From a virus, in IMG/VR virus record IMGVR_UViG_3300048091_000425: a stretch of 64,000 bases of DNA, one strand, 5' to 3'. The notes below the pieces were generated by a model. That model had not been told where the DNA came from and ran no database searches. It worked only from the letters and a program-made list of their open reading frames with translations. A program made the position numbers and the translations under genes. Of the stretch, positions 1 to 10,322 are shown piece after piece. The number at the start of each line of letters is the position of its first letter. The first letter of the stretch is position 1.

Positions 1-107
1 CCGATACCGGCCTGCCCAAGGGAAGCGGCATAGCCAATGATCACTGACATGCTCATCCCAAAAACGCAGAGCAACACGCCGACCGCAACCGCGATTTCCT
101 TCTTCAT
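1..107 (-). CDS. partial small membrane/secreted protein (runs off window start)
   Basis: GGAG-type RBS then ATG at 107; manual translation MKKEIAVAVGVLLCVFGMSMSVIIGYAASLGQAGI..., hydrophobic. Confidence 0.55.
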   Translation of the reverse strand, partial: MKKEIAVAVGVLLCVFGMSMSVIIGYAASLGQAGI

Positions 108-122
108 CTTGTCTCTCCCTGC

Positions 123-1067
123 TTATGCAGTTTGTTGTTTGCTGAACAAGCCTTTGAGCTTGCTGACCATCGAAACCGCTACCAGCACGACACCACCGGC
201 AATGAAACCAAACAGGCCTTCAATCACCATCGGCGCCACGAAAGACAGAACACCACCCACTACCGGAAGCTCACCCACGCTTTCTGGCAATACCAGCGCA
301 TGACCCTGCACCGGAATGGAATGCAGAAGGATTGAGCCACCCACCAGCAGCATCGCTGCCGTGCCGACCACGGCAAGGGTCTTCATAAGCTTCGGCGCAA
401 AGCGCAACACCCAGCGACCAAAAGACTTTTTCCACTCGGCTTCCTGTTTGATCAGATAGAAGCCCAGGTCATCCAATCGAACGATACCGGCAACGATGGA
501 GTACACACCGACTGTCACACCAACCGCGATCAGGGTCAGTACCAGCATTTGATTCAGCAGCGATGCACCAGCCACGGCGCCAAGCGAGATTACTATGATC
601 TCAAGCGATAAAATCGAGTCCGTTCTGATAGCGCCCTTAATTTTCTGGCGCTCGAAGGCGACCATGTCGACAGCAGGATCAGCAACGGCTTTCTTCAGTT
701 GCTCGGCGGCCTCGGCGGCTTCTTTCTTGCCGTGCAGCAACGTGTGGGCAATCTTTTCAAAGCCTTCAAAGCACAGGTAGGCACCGCCCGCCATCAACAT
801 GGGGGTGATCACCCATGGGGCGAACGCACTGACCAGCAACGCGCCAGGTACCAGGATAGCTTTGTTGATCATGGAGCCTTTGGCTACCGCCCAGACAACA
901 GGCAGTTCACGGTCAGCTCTGATGCCAGAAACTTGCTCAGCACTCAACGCGAGGTCATCGCCCAGGACGCCAACTGTCTTGGTGGCGGCGGATTTACTCA
1001 TGAGGGCGACGTCATCCAGCAAGGCAATGATGTCGTCGATGAGAGCGAGCAGGCTAGTGCCGGCCAT
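123..1067 (-). CDS. yedI: DUF808 family inner-membrane protein (YedI-like)
   Basis: N-terminus MAGTSLLALIDDIIALLDDVALMSK...GVLGDDLAL..EQV.G..ADRELPVVWAVAKGS is the DUF808 signature; several TM segments; ATG 1067 preferred over 1085. Confidence 0.85.
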   Translation of the reverse strand: MAGTSLLALIDDIIALLDDVALMSKSAATKTVGVLGDDLALSAEQVSGIRADRELPVVWAVAKGSMINKAILVPGALLVSAFAPWVITPMLMAGGAYLCFEGFEKIAHTLLHGKKEAAEAAEQLKKAVADPAVDMVAFERQKIKGAIRTDSILSLEIIVISLGAVAGASLLNQMLVLTLIAVGVTVGVYSIVAGIVRLDDLGFYLIKQEAEWKKSFGRWVLRFAPKLMKTLAVVGTAAMLLVGGSILLHSIPVQGHALVLPESVGELPVVGGVLSFVAPMVIEGLFGFIAGGVVLVAVSMVSKLKGLFSKQQTA

Positions 1068-1150
1068 TGAATAGTGTCCTTCCATTGTGTGGCTCTTGCC
1101 ACGGGAAGCACAGTTTGATGGCCTTTTGACCCCTTGTCAATACATTGTGA

Positions 1151-1732
1151 TTATTTGCGGGCCCCGCCACCTTTCTTGGTAAACGACACCGACAACAATG
1201 AGGCCGGGCGGCTGCCCAGGTTCTCACTGATGGTTTCAGTGCCGTAGAGCAAGGCGTGCTCGCGCTTCTGACTGAAGGCATAGATGTGATTGGGCTTCAG
1301 AGCGCACTCCTCGTCCTCCACCCAGAGCAGGTGCAGCGGGCTCACCTCATACGGGATCAGTATCGTGGTGTCGAACTGTTCGTCGTAAAGGTCGCGATGC
1401 TCAATAGTGCTTACAAGGGTCATCGCTATGTGCGTCTGCTGGCCCTTCATGAACTGCCCCAGTTGGGCTTCCAGCACGGGACACTTGGCGGGTTTGGGCA
1501 ACTCGATGACCGGGCCATCTTCTTGCAGCCAATGCCGCTTGATGAAGTTCAGCCGATACAGCGCCGTGCCTTCTTTGATATTGCATCCGGGCTCCAGGAT
1601 GTCCTGCTCCCACTCGTTGAGCGGGTGATCGGATTGGATGCGCTTTTCGCGGTACATCTTCAGTTCGGATCGCATGAAGCGGCGGTAAGCCAAGGGCAAG
1701 CGGATGGGGCCGAGACAACGAATGAGTGCCAT
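1151..1732 (-). CDS. hypothetical protein (start may be an internal Met)
   Basis: 193-aa ORF co-oriented with its neighbours; no recognised motif. Confidence 0.6.
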   Translation of the reverse strand: MALIRCLGPIRLPLAYRRFMRSELKMYREKRIQSDHPLNEWEQDILEPGCNIKEGTALYRLNFIKRHWLQEDGPVIELPKPAKCPVLEAQLGQFMKGQQTHIAMTLVSTIEHRDLYDEQFDTTILIPYEVSPLHLLWVEDEECALKPNHIYAFSQKREHALLYGTETISENLGSRPASLLSVSFTKKGGGARK

Positions 1733-1752
1733 GGGGAATCCTGTCGAAAAGG

Positions 1753-1992
1753 TCAGACAGGATAATGCGGCTTTTCACCAGGTGCCAGCTCTGCGTTCCA
1801 TCGCTCTAGCGCCCCTTCTGGACTGCTGGCGCTTTCGAAATGGCCGCACCCGCCTGCCGTCTCGTAGCAGTTGGCGTCCCATTCGGTTCGGGAAAAGTTC
1901 GTCGGGTACAGAAAATCCGGCTCGTCGAGCGAGACGATGAAGCCGCAATGCTTGCAGGGTTTCAGGGGCTTTTCTTCAAGGCTCAAGCGCAC
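1753..1992 (-). CDS. Lar-like (restriction-alleviation family) zinc-finger protein
   Basis: LKPCKHCG...C....GGCG.......EGALERWN fits the Lar pattern LKPCPFCG...CxxCG...AxxxWN. Confidence 0.55.
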   Translation of the reverse strand: MRLSLEEKPLKPCKHCGFIVSLDEPDFLYPTNFSRTEWDANCYETAGGCGHFESASSPEGALERWNAELAPGEKPHYPV

Positions 1993-2217
1993 TCTCCTTA
2001 GACTGCTGCGGGGAAAACCAGGGCGGCATTTTCGCCGGACTAGCTCGACGAAGCAAGCTCATCTAACTATTCATCAATGTTATTGCAATGCAATAAATTG
2101 TTAATGTTACTAACCATTTAAAGTGTTAGATAAATAACATAAATTGACATTGTTAGTTTTATCTTAAGTCCATATTATGGCACTCAGGAATAACGCTGTT
2201 TGTTGAGACAATATCCT

Positions 2218-3408
2218 GTGAAAATTCATATGATGTTTGCCGGCGTAGTGCTGGCGTATCCGGCTTTTGGCATTGCGTCGTCTCAATTCGAGGGCACCCA
2301 GGACATCCAGAGTTCCATGAGGATGGCCGATGTAACCCCTCGGTTCCACGTCATCGACAACCTGATTGGCAGCTTGCAAGGGGAGTACCCATCAGGCCTT
2401 CTGCCGAGCGAGAAAGATCTGTTAAACCTCGGCGTCACCTATAGCTCGCAAGGTCAGGATGCAACGGGCCGCGACGTTGTAGGTATCAACGCAGAATTGA
2501 ACACCGACTCTGGTTTCAGTGCTGAGGGTCACTACCTCCACGGCCTTGAGGGCCTTCGCACGCTTTCCAAGGAAGGACGGTACGACGCTGGCCGGCTGCG
2601 ACTGGCTCAAGACACCCGCTACGGCAAATTCTTCATCGGTGGGGACATCAGCGGCGCCGACGTGGGGGTCAGCAAGAAAGTCTCCCGCTTCCAGGAAGAG
2701 CTGGCCGGCGAAACGCACAGGGCCGTTGTCGGTCACCGTTATAGCTACGACGGCATCAGTTCGGTGCAGAACTCCTTCGGATGGACACGTCGCGAGCAAA
2801 CTTACGACACGCGTAAGTACCATCTTGTTGAAACCCAGGAATATCAGACCTGGAACACCACCTATAACGGCCAGTTCGGTTACAACCAGTTCAACGTTTC
2901 GGTAACCAAAGGGCTTTCTGGCGAGCGCTCGTTCAACTACGTGCCGTTGATGGGCGAATTCAACCCGAACTTTTACGCTGTTCAGTTGGGTTACGGGCTG
3001 CAGGGGCTGGCGCTGTACGACCAACTCGGCTACGGCGTGTCAGGTTCTTACTTCAAGGGCTCAGAGGACATGCCATCTGCAGAACGCATGACCCTCGGCG
3101 GCAGCGGGCGCGGATCATCCCACGAGGCCGGCGTGGTTTCTGGCTACAAGGGTTGGTTTGCCGAGGCGCGTCTGTACGGCATGAACGTTCCAGGCCTGTC
3201 GTGTTTCTCCCTGAAACCGTACCTCTCCGTCAACGGCGCTGAAACCAGCCACCCTACCGGGGGGGAATACGGCTTGGTCGCGGCAGAGTTCGGTGTGATC
3301 GGTCGCTGGAGTGACGTCAGCAGCACCCTGAGTTACGCCAAATCGGTCAAGGATGAAAACCTCGACCACGATTCGCGCCTGAACCTGGATCTGAGCTACA
3401 CCTACTAA
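2218..3408 (+). CDS. ShlB/FhaC/HecB (TpsB)-like outer-membrane beta-barrel protein
   Basis: Signal-peptide-like start (GTG 2218: MKIHMMFAGVVLAYPAFG); alternating beta-strand pattern; ERMTLGG..RG motif resembling the TpsB loop-6 region; C-terminal LNLDLSYTY beta-signal. Confidence 0.6.
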   Translation: MKIHMMFAGVVLAYPAFGIASSQFEGTQDIQSSMRMADVTPRFHVIDNLIGSLQGEYPSGLLPSEKDLLNLGVTYSSQGQDATGRDVVGINAELNTDSGFSAEGHYLHGLEGLRTLSKEGRYDAGRLRLAQDTRYGKFFIGGDISGADVGVSKKVSRFQEELAGETHRAVVGHRYSYDGISSVQNSFGWTRREQTYDTRKYHLVETQEYQTWNTTYNGQFGYNQFNVSVTKGLSGERSFNYVPLMGEFNPNFYAVQLGYGLQGLALYDQLGYGVSGSYFKGSEDMPSAERMTLGGSGRGSSHEAGVVSGYKGWFAEARLYGMNVPGLSCFSLKPYLSVNGAETSHPTGGEYGLVAAEFGVIGRWSDVSSTLSYAKSVKDENLDHDSRLNLDLSYTY

Positions 3409-3428
3409 GCTTCACAGCTGGTCAGCAG

Positions 3429-3458
3429 AAGCCCGAGACTCAGAACCTCGGGCTTTTT
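3429..3458 (+). terminator. intrinsic terminator
   Basis: AAGCCCGAG-loop-CTCGGGCTT followed by a T run, just after the 3408 stop. Confidence 0.75.
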
Positions 3459-3500
3459 CGTTGGAAAGTTCTAGGCTGTAGTTAGCAGTCAATCAACGCA

Positions 3501-3917
3501 ATGGAAGCCGACATGCCCCTGAACGACCTGTTTCGCCTTGATGACGGTGGGCGCTCAACCAGCCGTCGCCCCAAGCAACGCAACGACTGCACGGTGCGGG
3601 CCGTGGCCATTGCAGAAGGTATTGAGTACGACCTGGCTTACGACGAGCTGAAAGACGCAGGCAGAAAGTGCGCCAGGGCTTTCCGCTTTACGGACTGGGC
3701 CAACAAGCAGCCAGAGCGCTTCGAAAAGCTCAGCTTCCCCGCCATCAAAGGACAGCCGCGCATGAATGTGGAACGTTTCTGCCGGCGATTCGCGGAAGGT
3801 CACTACATCCTCAACACGGCCAAGCATGTCATGGCGGTCAAGGATGGGGTCATCTATGACGCTGACCCGCCAGGCCTGGAGCGCTGCGTCTACAGCGCGT
3901 ACCGTGTGCGGAATTGA
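3501..3917 (+). CDS. phage/plasmid hypothetical protein, possible papain-like Cys-His-Asp fold
   Basis: NDCTVRAVAIA...HVMAVKDGVIYD motif pair. Confidence 0.6.
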   Translation: MEADMPLNDLFRLDDGGRSTSRRPKQRNDCTVRAVAIAEGIEYDLAYDELKDAGRKCARAFRFTDWANKQPERFEKLSFPAIKGQPRMNVERFCRRFAEGHYILNTAKHVMAVKDGVIYDADPPGLERCVYSAYRVRN

Positions 3918-3927
3918 AGCAAGCGCC

Positions 3928-3956
3928 TTGACCGTATAACGCTAGAGATGTACGCT
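3928..3956 (+). promoter_or_regulatory. sigma70-type promoter
   Basis: TTGACC-17 bp-TACGCT upstream of ATG 3984; spacer contains the GTATAACGCTAG motif seen elsewhere in the window. Confidence 0.55.
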
Positions 3957-3983
3957 TGCTTCATCACTGGTAAGGAATGCCCC

Positions 3984-4205
3984 ATGAAAGCCGAAGAAAA
4001 ATTCAACAGAAAAACAGCTGCACTTCTTGAATGCCAGCAGCCGGTTGTAGATAGCGGTGGCGGCCTGGCGCTGGGTGTACGGGTTCGTGTCTTCGAGCTG
4101 CCGGGGCCAGAAGCCAAAACGCTGAGTCTGCACCTGACGCCAGACGAAGCCCTTCGCCTGGCCGAAGATCTGGTCAGGGAAGCCAGAAACGCCCTTGTGC
4201 CTTAA
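3984..4205 (+). CDS. small hypothetical protein
   Basis: AAGGA RBS before ATG 3984; 73 aa. Confidence 0.65.
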   Translation: MKAEEKFNRKTAALLECQQPVVDSGGGLALGVRVRVFELPGPEAKTLSLHLTPDEALRLAEDLVREARNALVP

Positions 4206-4310
4206 CAGTTCAAGCTGCCGAGCGCTCTTGTAGAGCGCTCAGAAGCAAAGGCCTTGTTTTTGCCACCAAACCCACCGCTTTAAAAGCTTTCCCCCCGCCC
4301 TGCCCCTGCC

Positions 4311-5873
4311 TTACAGCCCCAGATCTTGACTGAACTGTTGAGTCAAATCTTCGGGCGATAGCTGCTGCAAATACTTGCGGTCGACCAGGTCGTTGTTGAT
4401 CAGGGCGCGTAGGTACTGCGGGACGTTCTTAACCAATTGGACGACCTCGTCCTCTGGCGTCGTCTTGGTGAACAGCGTCGCAGCCGCCTCCATTGACTGG
4501 GTTCGATAAGTGCCATCGATAAATCGCGGGCCATCGTAGGTGTTATTACCTTTGACGAACAAGGAATAGTCACACGCCATCAAGATCAGCGCGTTCCTGA
4601 CGATTTGGGTGCTGGTCAGGGTTTCTGGATCAGGCACGTCCTTCCCTGAAAAGTAGAACCGTGAGTACATTATCGTGGCTTGAGCCTCTAAACCCTCCTC
4701 GATGATCAGCTTACCTTTCTCAAAATGCTCACTCAGTTGTGGGAGTTCCTTTGCGAGCATCAGTTGCCCGGCCAGCTGGTTGTAATCCATGCCGCACAAA
4801 AGGTTGAAGGTCATCCCTGCCTTTTCCATCTGAGGCACCGCCATCAGCTTGGAAATGTGCATTGCACCTCGGCAATGATCCTTCATCAGACTTTTAATAT
4901 AAGGATCAGCGAGAAGACGGGCATTGAATCGCTGAAGCCGGCCAAGAAACACGTTGTCTCTCATGAGGAAGCCATTACACCCGTCCAGATCCAGCCACTT
5001 TCGATTGAGGTAGGCGTCCAGGAAATCGGTATTCACCAGGCGGCGTAATGCCTGATCACTAAGCGTCTCCAGATGATCAAAGACAGTCGCAGGGACATAG
5101 GAGAAGGCTGGTCTTAACCCATATGCGTCGAACTTATCCAAACCGGCGTCAAACTTGGCGATCAGCGACGACATAAATTGTGGGAGGATCACAGGAAGAC
5201 GACCGATCTCGTCGGCTGAAATAACGTCCAACATGGCCGCTAGATCATCAAAATCAAGTTCGGCGAGCGCACGCAAATGCATCTCTGCTGAACTTGAATC
5301 ATCAGTTCCTGTTGCGTTTTCGGCATGAACGTGAAACCGGCACAGTGCCGCGTTGCCCACCGACTTTTCACGCAGTGTCGCCGGGTCGCAAAACATTATC
5401 GATAGCTTGAGATTTTTGGTGAAGAAGTCAATTCGATCCTTGGAAGAAGCGGCATCGTGTCCTTTGAGATGACGCTCGCTGTAGACCTCCATCATCGAGT
5501 TAATCGAGAAATCCACACCCAGCGGCCCAGCCAGGCTCTTGAGTAGATCAAAGTGACCGGTATCCAAATAGGGGCCGGGATGGCTGAAGAACCGGTCACG
5601 CAGCTGGAGGGCCACGTCCAAGCTCTCGGTAAAGCCCGGCAAGGCCAACAGGCCACGATCCACGGCAAAGGCCAGTAGTACGCCGGAGAGTTCCTCTACT
5701 GAGAGGTCAAACAGCGTTCTGAGCGCAGCATGGCGGCTGCCAACCGGAATCTGATCAAAGAGTGCCTCCAGGCCTTCACCGTCTTTCACAAGGCAGTGAC
5801 GGGCCTCATGGGCCACCACGGCAAGCACCTCGGCGGGGCTCAGCGCTGCGAAATCGATTCTGTTCATGATCAC
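4311..5873 (-). CDS. DLGL-tail protein, paralog group A
   Basis: 520-aa ORF ending QQFSQDLGL*; N-terminal region alignable by eye to the two adjacent ORFs; start overlaps upstream stop. Confidence 0.85.
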   Translation of the reverse strand: MIMNRIDFAALSPAEVLAVVAHEARHCLVKDGEGLEALFDQIPVGSRHAALRTLFDLSVEELSGVLLAFAVDRGLLALPGFTESLDVALQLRDRFFSHPGPYLDTGHFDLLKSLAGPLGVDFSINSMMEVYSERHLKGHDAASSKDRIDFFTKNLKLSIMFCDPATLREKSVGNAALCRFHVHAENATGTDDSSSAEMHLRALAELDFDDLAAMLDVISADEIGRLPVILPQFMSSLIAKFDAGLDKFDAYGLRPAFSYVPATVFDHLETLSDQALRRLVNTDFLDAYLNRKWLDLDGCNGFLMRDNVFLGRLQRFNARLLADPYIKSLMKDHCRGAMHISKLMAVPQMEKAGMTFNLLCGMDYNQLAGQLMLAKELPQLSEHFEKGKLIIEEGLEAQATIMYSRFYFSGKDVPDPETLTSTQIVRNALILMACDYSLFVKGNNTYDGPRFIDGTYRTQSMEAAATLFTKTTPEDEVVQLVKNVPQYLRALINNDLVDRKYLQQLSPEDLTQQFSQDLGL

Positions 5874-7492
5874 AGCCCCAAATCCTTACCGAATTCTTGA
5901 CCCAGCATCGGCAGCGGCAGCTTGGCCATATGCTCTTTCTTCAAGACAGCCTCGTTGATCAGATACCTGAGGAGGTCAGGTCGTTTGCCCACCGCTTCCA
6001 GCAGATCATCTTCACTCAGCGAGCGGGTGATCACCTTCAGCGTCCCAGGGACACCCAAACTGCGGCCTGGCAGATGGTTGTGGCAGAAGAAAAGAACCGG
6101 GGTTATCGCCTTCATCTTTGACTGATGCCAGTCGTCTTCATGGATGGCGCTTTCACAGGCCAGCCTGGCCGCCATGTGATTCACCTTGAAGTCATCTGTC
6201 ACCTTGTCAGGCGCTTTCATGTATTTCTTATCGGCCTGCTCATAAAACTCGTCGTACAGCTTCACCAAAGCAGGCTTCACACCTTCTTTCAGAAGCTCCA
6301 CCCCATGCTCCCGATAGCTGGCCAACAGGGGGTAATCGGCGGCGAATTTAACCAGGGCAGCGAAGCGATCTGTCTGCTGGGCATTGTTATGGACGCTGAG
6401 GGTAACGCCCTGTTCTTTCAGCCGGGAGCTCAACATCAGGGTCACCATGCCTTGGCAGCCAGGTGCGGCGATACCTTGGTGATTGGTGATGTATTTGACG
6501 ACAAACCTATCGCTCAGGATTCTCTCGTTAAAGCTGTCGACCAGGGCCAGGTAAACCGGGTCATCATAGTCATGGCCGTTTTTGGCTAACGGAACCATCC
6601 AGTTCGAAGTCAGATACTGATCCATAAAGCGGCCCCTAACCTGTTTGAAGAAGCTTTCATCTGGTAAGGCCATCAGCTCGCTCAACACGGTGGCTGGGCG
6701 AACCTTGAGCACCGCTGTAATGAATCTGAGGGATTCTTGCTTGAACGGCAGGTTCACGACTGTTTTTATCGCAGCGTCCAAGTGAGGGTTTAGAGGCTCA
6801 AGACCTGGATGAAAACCGCGCCCCAACATGAGGGTCATGGAGCCAACATCATTGATATTGAAGGTAGAGACAGTCTTCAACAACTCAAACTCAGAAGTTT
6901 TATCAATCCCCAAACTGCTGATTGTCTCGGCGAATCGGTAAGCCACCTGGTTCCCGACCTCAGGATCATCCACAGTATCCTGAGCGCAGAACAAGCGTAG
7001 GTACTCAAGGCTGGTAACGGCACCGGTCAGCATGGCATCGCTTCCCTTATCAATCTTGAACCCTATGCTTTTGTCACCGGCGTCATAGCTGTTGAAGATC
7101 GTGTCGACGCTGTCCATGGTGTAGGCCTTGCCATGGTGAGCTGCCGCTTTTCTCAGAATCTTGATGTGCCCAAGAGATGATAATGCCCCTTTCTGGTTAT
7201 CAAACACGCGGCGGCGGATGCGATCAGCGACTTCCAGGTCTTGGTAAAGATCCGGATAGAGCTCATCGATCCCCTTACCCTGCACGTAGTCCAGGATGTT
7301 GGCGCTGAAGAAATGGATCGCACGAGCATAAGCGTGGAGCAACGCCTGACCCTTCAGTGCCTCAGGGAAGGTGGCAAGGAGCATATCCACTTCGATAGGG
7401 TCGGCACCTTTGACCTTCATGCGGTACAGCGCTTTATGGAAGGCCTCGAAATGCTCGTAGGCTTTGAGTTCTGGTAGTTCGAAAATGGACAT
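5870..7492 (-). CDS. DLGL-tail protein, paralog group A
   Basis: Starts MSIFELPEL (GAGGGG RBS); ends QEFGKDLGL*; paralog of 7562-9193. Confidence 0.85.
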   Translation of the reverse strand: MSIFELPELKAYEHFEAFHKALYRMKVKGADPIEVDMLLATFPEALKGQALLHAYARAIHFFSANILDYVQGKGIDELYPDLYQDLEVADRIRRRVFDNQKGALSSLGHIKILRKAAAHHGKAYTMDSVDTIFNSYDAGDKSIGFKIDKGSDAMLTGAVTSLEYLRLFCAQDTVDDPEVGNQVAYRFAETISSLGIDKTSEFELLKTVSTFNINDVGSMTLMLGRGFHPGLEPLNPHLDAAIKTVVNLPFKQESLRFITAVLKVRPATVLSELMALPDESFFKQVRGRFMDQYLTSNWMVPLAKNGHDYDDPVYLALVDSFNERILSDRFVVKYITNHQGIAAPGCQGMVTLMLSSRLKEQGVTLSVHNNAQQTDRFAALVKFAADYPLLASYREHGVELLKEGVKPALVKLYDEFYEQADKKYMKAPDKVTDDFKVNHMAARLACESAIHEDDWHQSKMKAITPVLFFCHNHLPGRSLGVPGTLKVITRSLSEDDLLEAVGKRPDLLRYLINEAVLKKEHMAKLPLPMLGQEFGKDLGL

Positions 7493-7561
7493 GCTGACCC
7501 CTCTTTTCAACAGTCTACGGGGTGCAGATGGTGCATCACAATGTTGGCGCTGCGCCTTGGA

Positions 7562-9193
7562 TCATAAGCCCAAGTCCTTGCCGAAGAACTCCCCCTGCTC
7601 TTTCAGGGGCAGCCGGGCGAGGTGCTTGCGGTCGAGAATCTCGAGCTGGATCAGCCGCCTGAAGTAGCTCTGGTTCTTGCCGATGGCATCGAGGATCTCG
7701 TCTTCGCTTAACGACCTGGCAACCTCTATGACGACGCCTTTGGAAAAGGCCGTTCGCTTCTTGAAAGCCGAGTTGTCCCGATTATCCATGCCGTGCAACA
7801 CGGGGGTATCGCGTTTCTTGTCAGCTTCGTTGCTCACGCTGACCCCCATTTCACAGGCCAGCCGTACCGCCATGTACTTGTACTTGTAGTCGTCTGAGAC
7901 CTCAGACCCCTGGCGCAAGCCTTTGACTTTCGCCGTCGAAAAGGAATGCAGGTAGAGCCGGGTGAACTCCTTCTCGAAACACTCTTTGAGGTAATCCAGT
8001 CCTGCCTGCCGGTACGATGCCAAGCCAGGAAATTTCCCGGCGTGGGCCACCAAGGCGGCAAAGTTTTCTGCTCGCGGGTGGTGTTCAGGTTTGTCGATTG
8101 GTAAATAAATCCCCATGCTGACCATCCTGGGAAGCATTATCAGCGTTTCCAGTCCGTTGCACTCAGGCTCTTGAAATGCTGGGTGCCGTTCCAGGCGACT
8201 GGCGATCAAAGGGTCAGCAACCAGGCGTTCGCAGATCCGCTCAAGCTGATCAATGAAAGCCTGATCGTTGTAGTCACACATGGCCGTATTCTCGGGCTTC
8301 AGCCAACCTCCACCCAGGAATTGGTCAAGCAGTGGGCCGCGCATGGTCTTTTGAAAGCGCTGGTCATCCAGATTGGCCAGCCGTTGCACCATCGTTTGAG
8401 GGATAAGTTGAAAAGCCCACCCGAGAAACTCGATTCGCTGAAGTGAATAGTGCTCCAGCGCATCTGGTAAGCACCGCGCAAACTGAGCTTGAAAATGCGG
8501 CGCGCTTTTATGGAAGTCAGCTTTCAAAATGGCGGTAAGTGCCGAGGTGTCACTGATGGTGAACCCGCAGACAACCTCCGTAAGCGCCTCAAGTGTGGGC
8601 ATCGTCGGCCCGCTCTTCGCCACGAGTATTCCCTCCTTTCGGATGAACTCGGCGAGGCGGTAGGCAACACGGTCTCCCACCTCCACATCAGCCTTGATAT
8701 CGGTCGGGAAAAGATCCATCAGAAGCTGAAGATTCTTGAGGAAATAGGCCAGGGTTACCTTGGTTCCGGTTTTCATGCCACCGGACTGCAAGTTCTCTGG
8801 ACTGAACAGCGTATCAATGCAATTGAGAACATAGTCAACACCATGGTGAGCAATGGTGTTGCGAAACAACTCGTGATGGCCCGTGGACTTGTCGGTGGAC
8901 TCGCGAAACAAGCTATTACGGATGCGATCTGCCAATTCCAAGTCATGGTGCAACGCCGGGTACAGCTGATCAATCCCCTTAGCGAGGGTGAAGGTCAGCA
9001 GCGGTTCATTGAGGAAGTTGGCAGACAGCTCGTAGGCATACAAAAGCGCCGGGCCACGGAGATCTGCCGGGAAGGCTTCATAGGCCATTTCTAATCGGGT
9101 CGGATCTGTATCTGCACGGAATTGGATGCAGAGCATGTTGAAGCTACTGAAATGCTCTGAATCTCTGAGTGCTTCGTCGTCGAAAATTGACAT
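7562..9193 (-). CDS. DLGL-tail protein, paralog group A
   Basis: Starts MSIFDDEAL by analogy to its paralog; ends EFFGKDLGL*; shared blocks such as KGIDxLYPxLxxDLExADRIR. Confidence 0.85.
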   Translation of the reverse strand: MSIFDDEALRDSEHFSSFNMLCIQFRADTDPTRLEMAYEAFPADLRGPALLYAYELSANFLNEPLLTFTLAKGIDQLYPALHHDLELADRIRNSLFRESTDKSTGHHELFRNTIAHHGVDYVLNCIDTLFSPENLQSGGMKTGTKVTLAYFLKNLQLLMDLFPTDIKADVEVGDRVAYRLAEFIRKEGILVAKSGPTMPTLEALTEVVCGFTISDTSALTAILKADFHKSAPHFQAQFARCLPDALEHYSLQRIEFLGWAFQLIPQTMVQRLANLDDQRFQKTMRGPLLDQFLGGGWLKPENTAMCDYNDQAFIDQLERICERLVADPLIASRLERHPAFQEPECNGLETLIMLPRMVSMGIYLPIDKPEHHPRAENFAALVAHAGKFPGLASYRQAGLDYLKECFEKEFTRLYLHSFSTAKVKGLRQGSEVSDDYKYKYMAVRLACEMGVSVSNEADKKRDTPVLHGMDNRDNSAFKKRTAFSKGVVIEVARSLSEDEILDAIGKNQSYFRRLIQLEILDRKHLARLPLKEQGEFFGKDLGL

Positions 9194-9333
9194 GTGTACC
9201 CCGGCTATTTTCAACCAGTGTACGTGGCGCAGCTTCTCGCTCACAACGGCGCCGGCCTGCCCTTCCCGACGACATTGATGCTAATCGTTGGGCGAGTTAC
9301 CCTCTTGGCCTGGTACCCATTGGCGAGAGCGGC

Positions 9334-9696
9334 ATGAGAAAAGTTACGATTAATGGCGTGGTCTACGACCTGATGTTCACCAAAAAGGTCGGCGACGACT
9401 ATTTTTACACCGTCGGCGAGAAGTCGAAACACGTTGTGCCGGCTGACGAGATGCTCGAGGACGTACTCAGTGAAATCTCGGCCACCGGCGCCGGTGTCAG
9501 CGTTTGCTACGAAACGATCACAGACTCCTATCGCAAAAAAGGCTGGGATTGGCAGAAGCTTGAGGCAGAACACCTCAAAAAACTCCTGGCCTATATGAAT
9601 GAGATCCGGGAGGACGACGTGGCAGACAATGAGGAAGACAGCGACTACTACCAGCTAGAGCCATTCACACTTGAGGACTTGCCCTTCCGCCAATGA
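9334..9696 (+). CDS. hypothetical protein with acidic C-terminus
   Basis: ATG 9334 (MRKVTINGV...); ends EDDVADNEEDSDYYQLEPFTLEDLPFRQ. Confidence 0.65.
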   Translation: MRKVTINGVVYDLMFTKKVGDDYFYTVGEKSKHVVPADEMLEDVLSEISATGAGVSVCYETITDSYRKKGWDWQKLEAEHLKKLLAYMNEIREDDVADNEEDSDYYQLEPFTLEDLPFRQ

Positions 9697-9851
9697 AGGC
9701 TGGAAACCAGCCGTCGGTTCCCCGACAGGAGGTGCTGTCTCCGGGCCGCCTCCTGCCCAACCTCCGGGTTTGACACAAACGGTCGCAGAAGCCTCTTGAG
9801 GCCCACCAACATAGTGCGTAAATTGGAGGGCAAATCAAGAGAGGATCAGAA

Positions 9852-10169
9852 ATGTCTGTTCAAGCCTCCGCCGTACGCCTTTTGACCTTGGTCGAGTCCC
9901 TGGAACCCATGGTCAGTCAGAATGCCTTGCGCACTCCCACCCAGACCCTCTACCTCGCCGCCTCGTCCATCGTTGAATGGTCGCACACGGCTGAACTGCA
10001 ATCGCTGGATGTTTACGGCGCCCGCATGTTTCAACAACTGATGACAGTATCCAGCAACGGGCTGACCGGCAGCGACAAAGACGCCAAGGCCGCGCTGCGT
10101 GCTTTGCAGACCCACGCCATCGTCTTCAAGGCTGCTTTGAAAAAGCACAGGCAACAGCGAAAGGCTTAG
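9852..10169 (+). CDS. hypothetical protein
   Basis: GAGGA RBS; 105 aa. Confidence 0.7.
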   Translation: MSVQASAVRLLTLVESLEPMVSQNALRTPTQTLYLAASSIVEWSHTAELQSLDVYGARMFQQLMTVSSNGLTGSDKDAKAALRALQTHAIVFKAALKKHRQQRKA

Positions 10170-10322
10170 GATCAAGAGCTTCGGGGGAAAGGCTTTTAAA
10201 GCTTTTGCTCTTTTTTGACCCCAAACCTCGCTGTTCCGCGTTTGATTTTAGCTATGTATTGCCAAAAAGAATGAGACCAGCCAGAGCTGGCCCTACACTG
10301 ACTACCTTCGAGCTGATCGCCC

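Noticed and set aside
5790-5820. HEARH (HExxH) in ORF 4311-5873 as a metalloprotease site
   Set aside because: Not conserved in the two paralogs and lies at the extreme N-terminus; probably chance.
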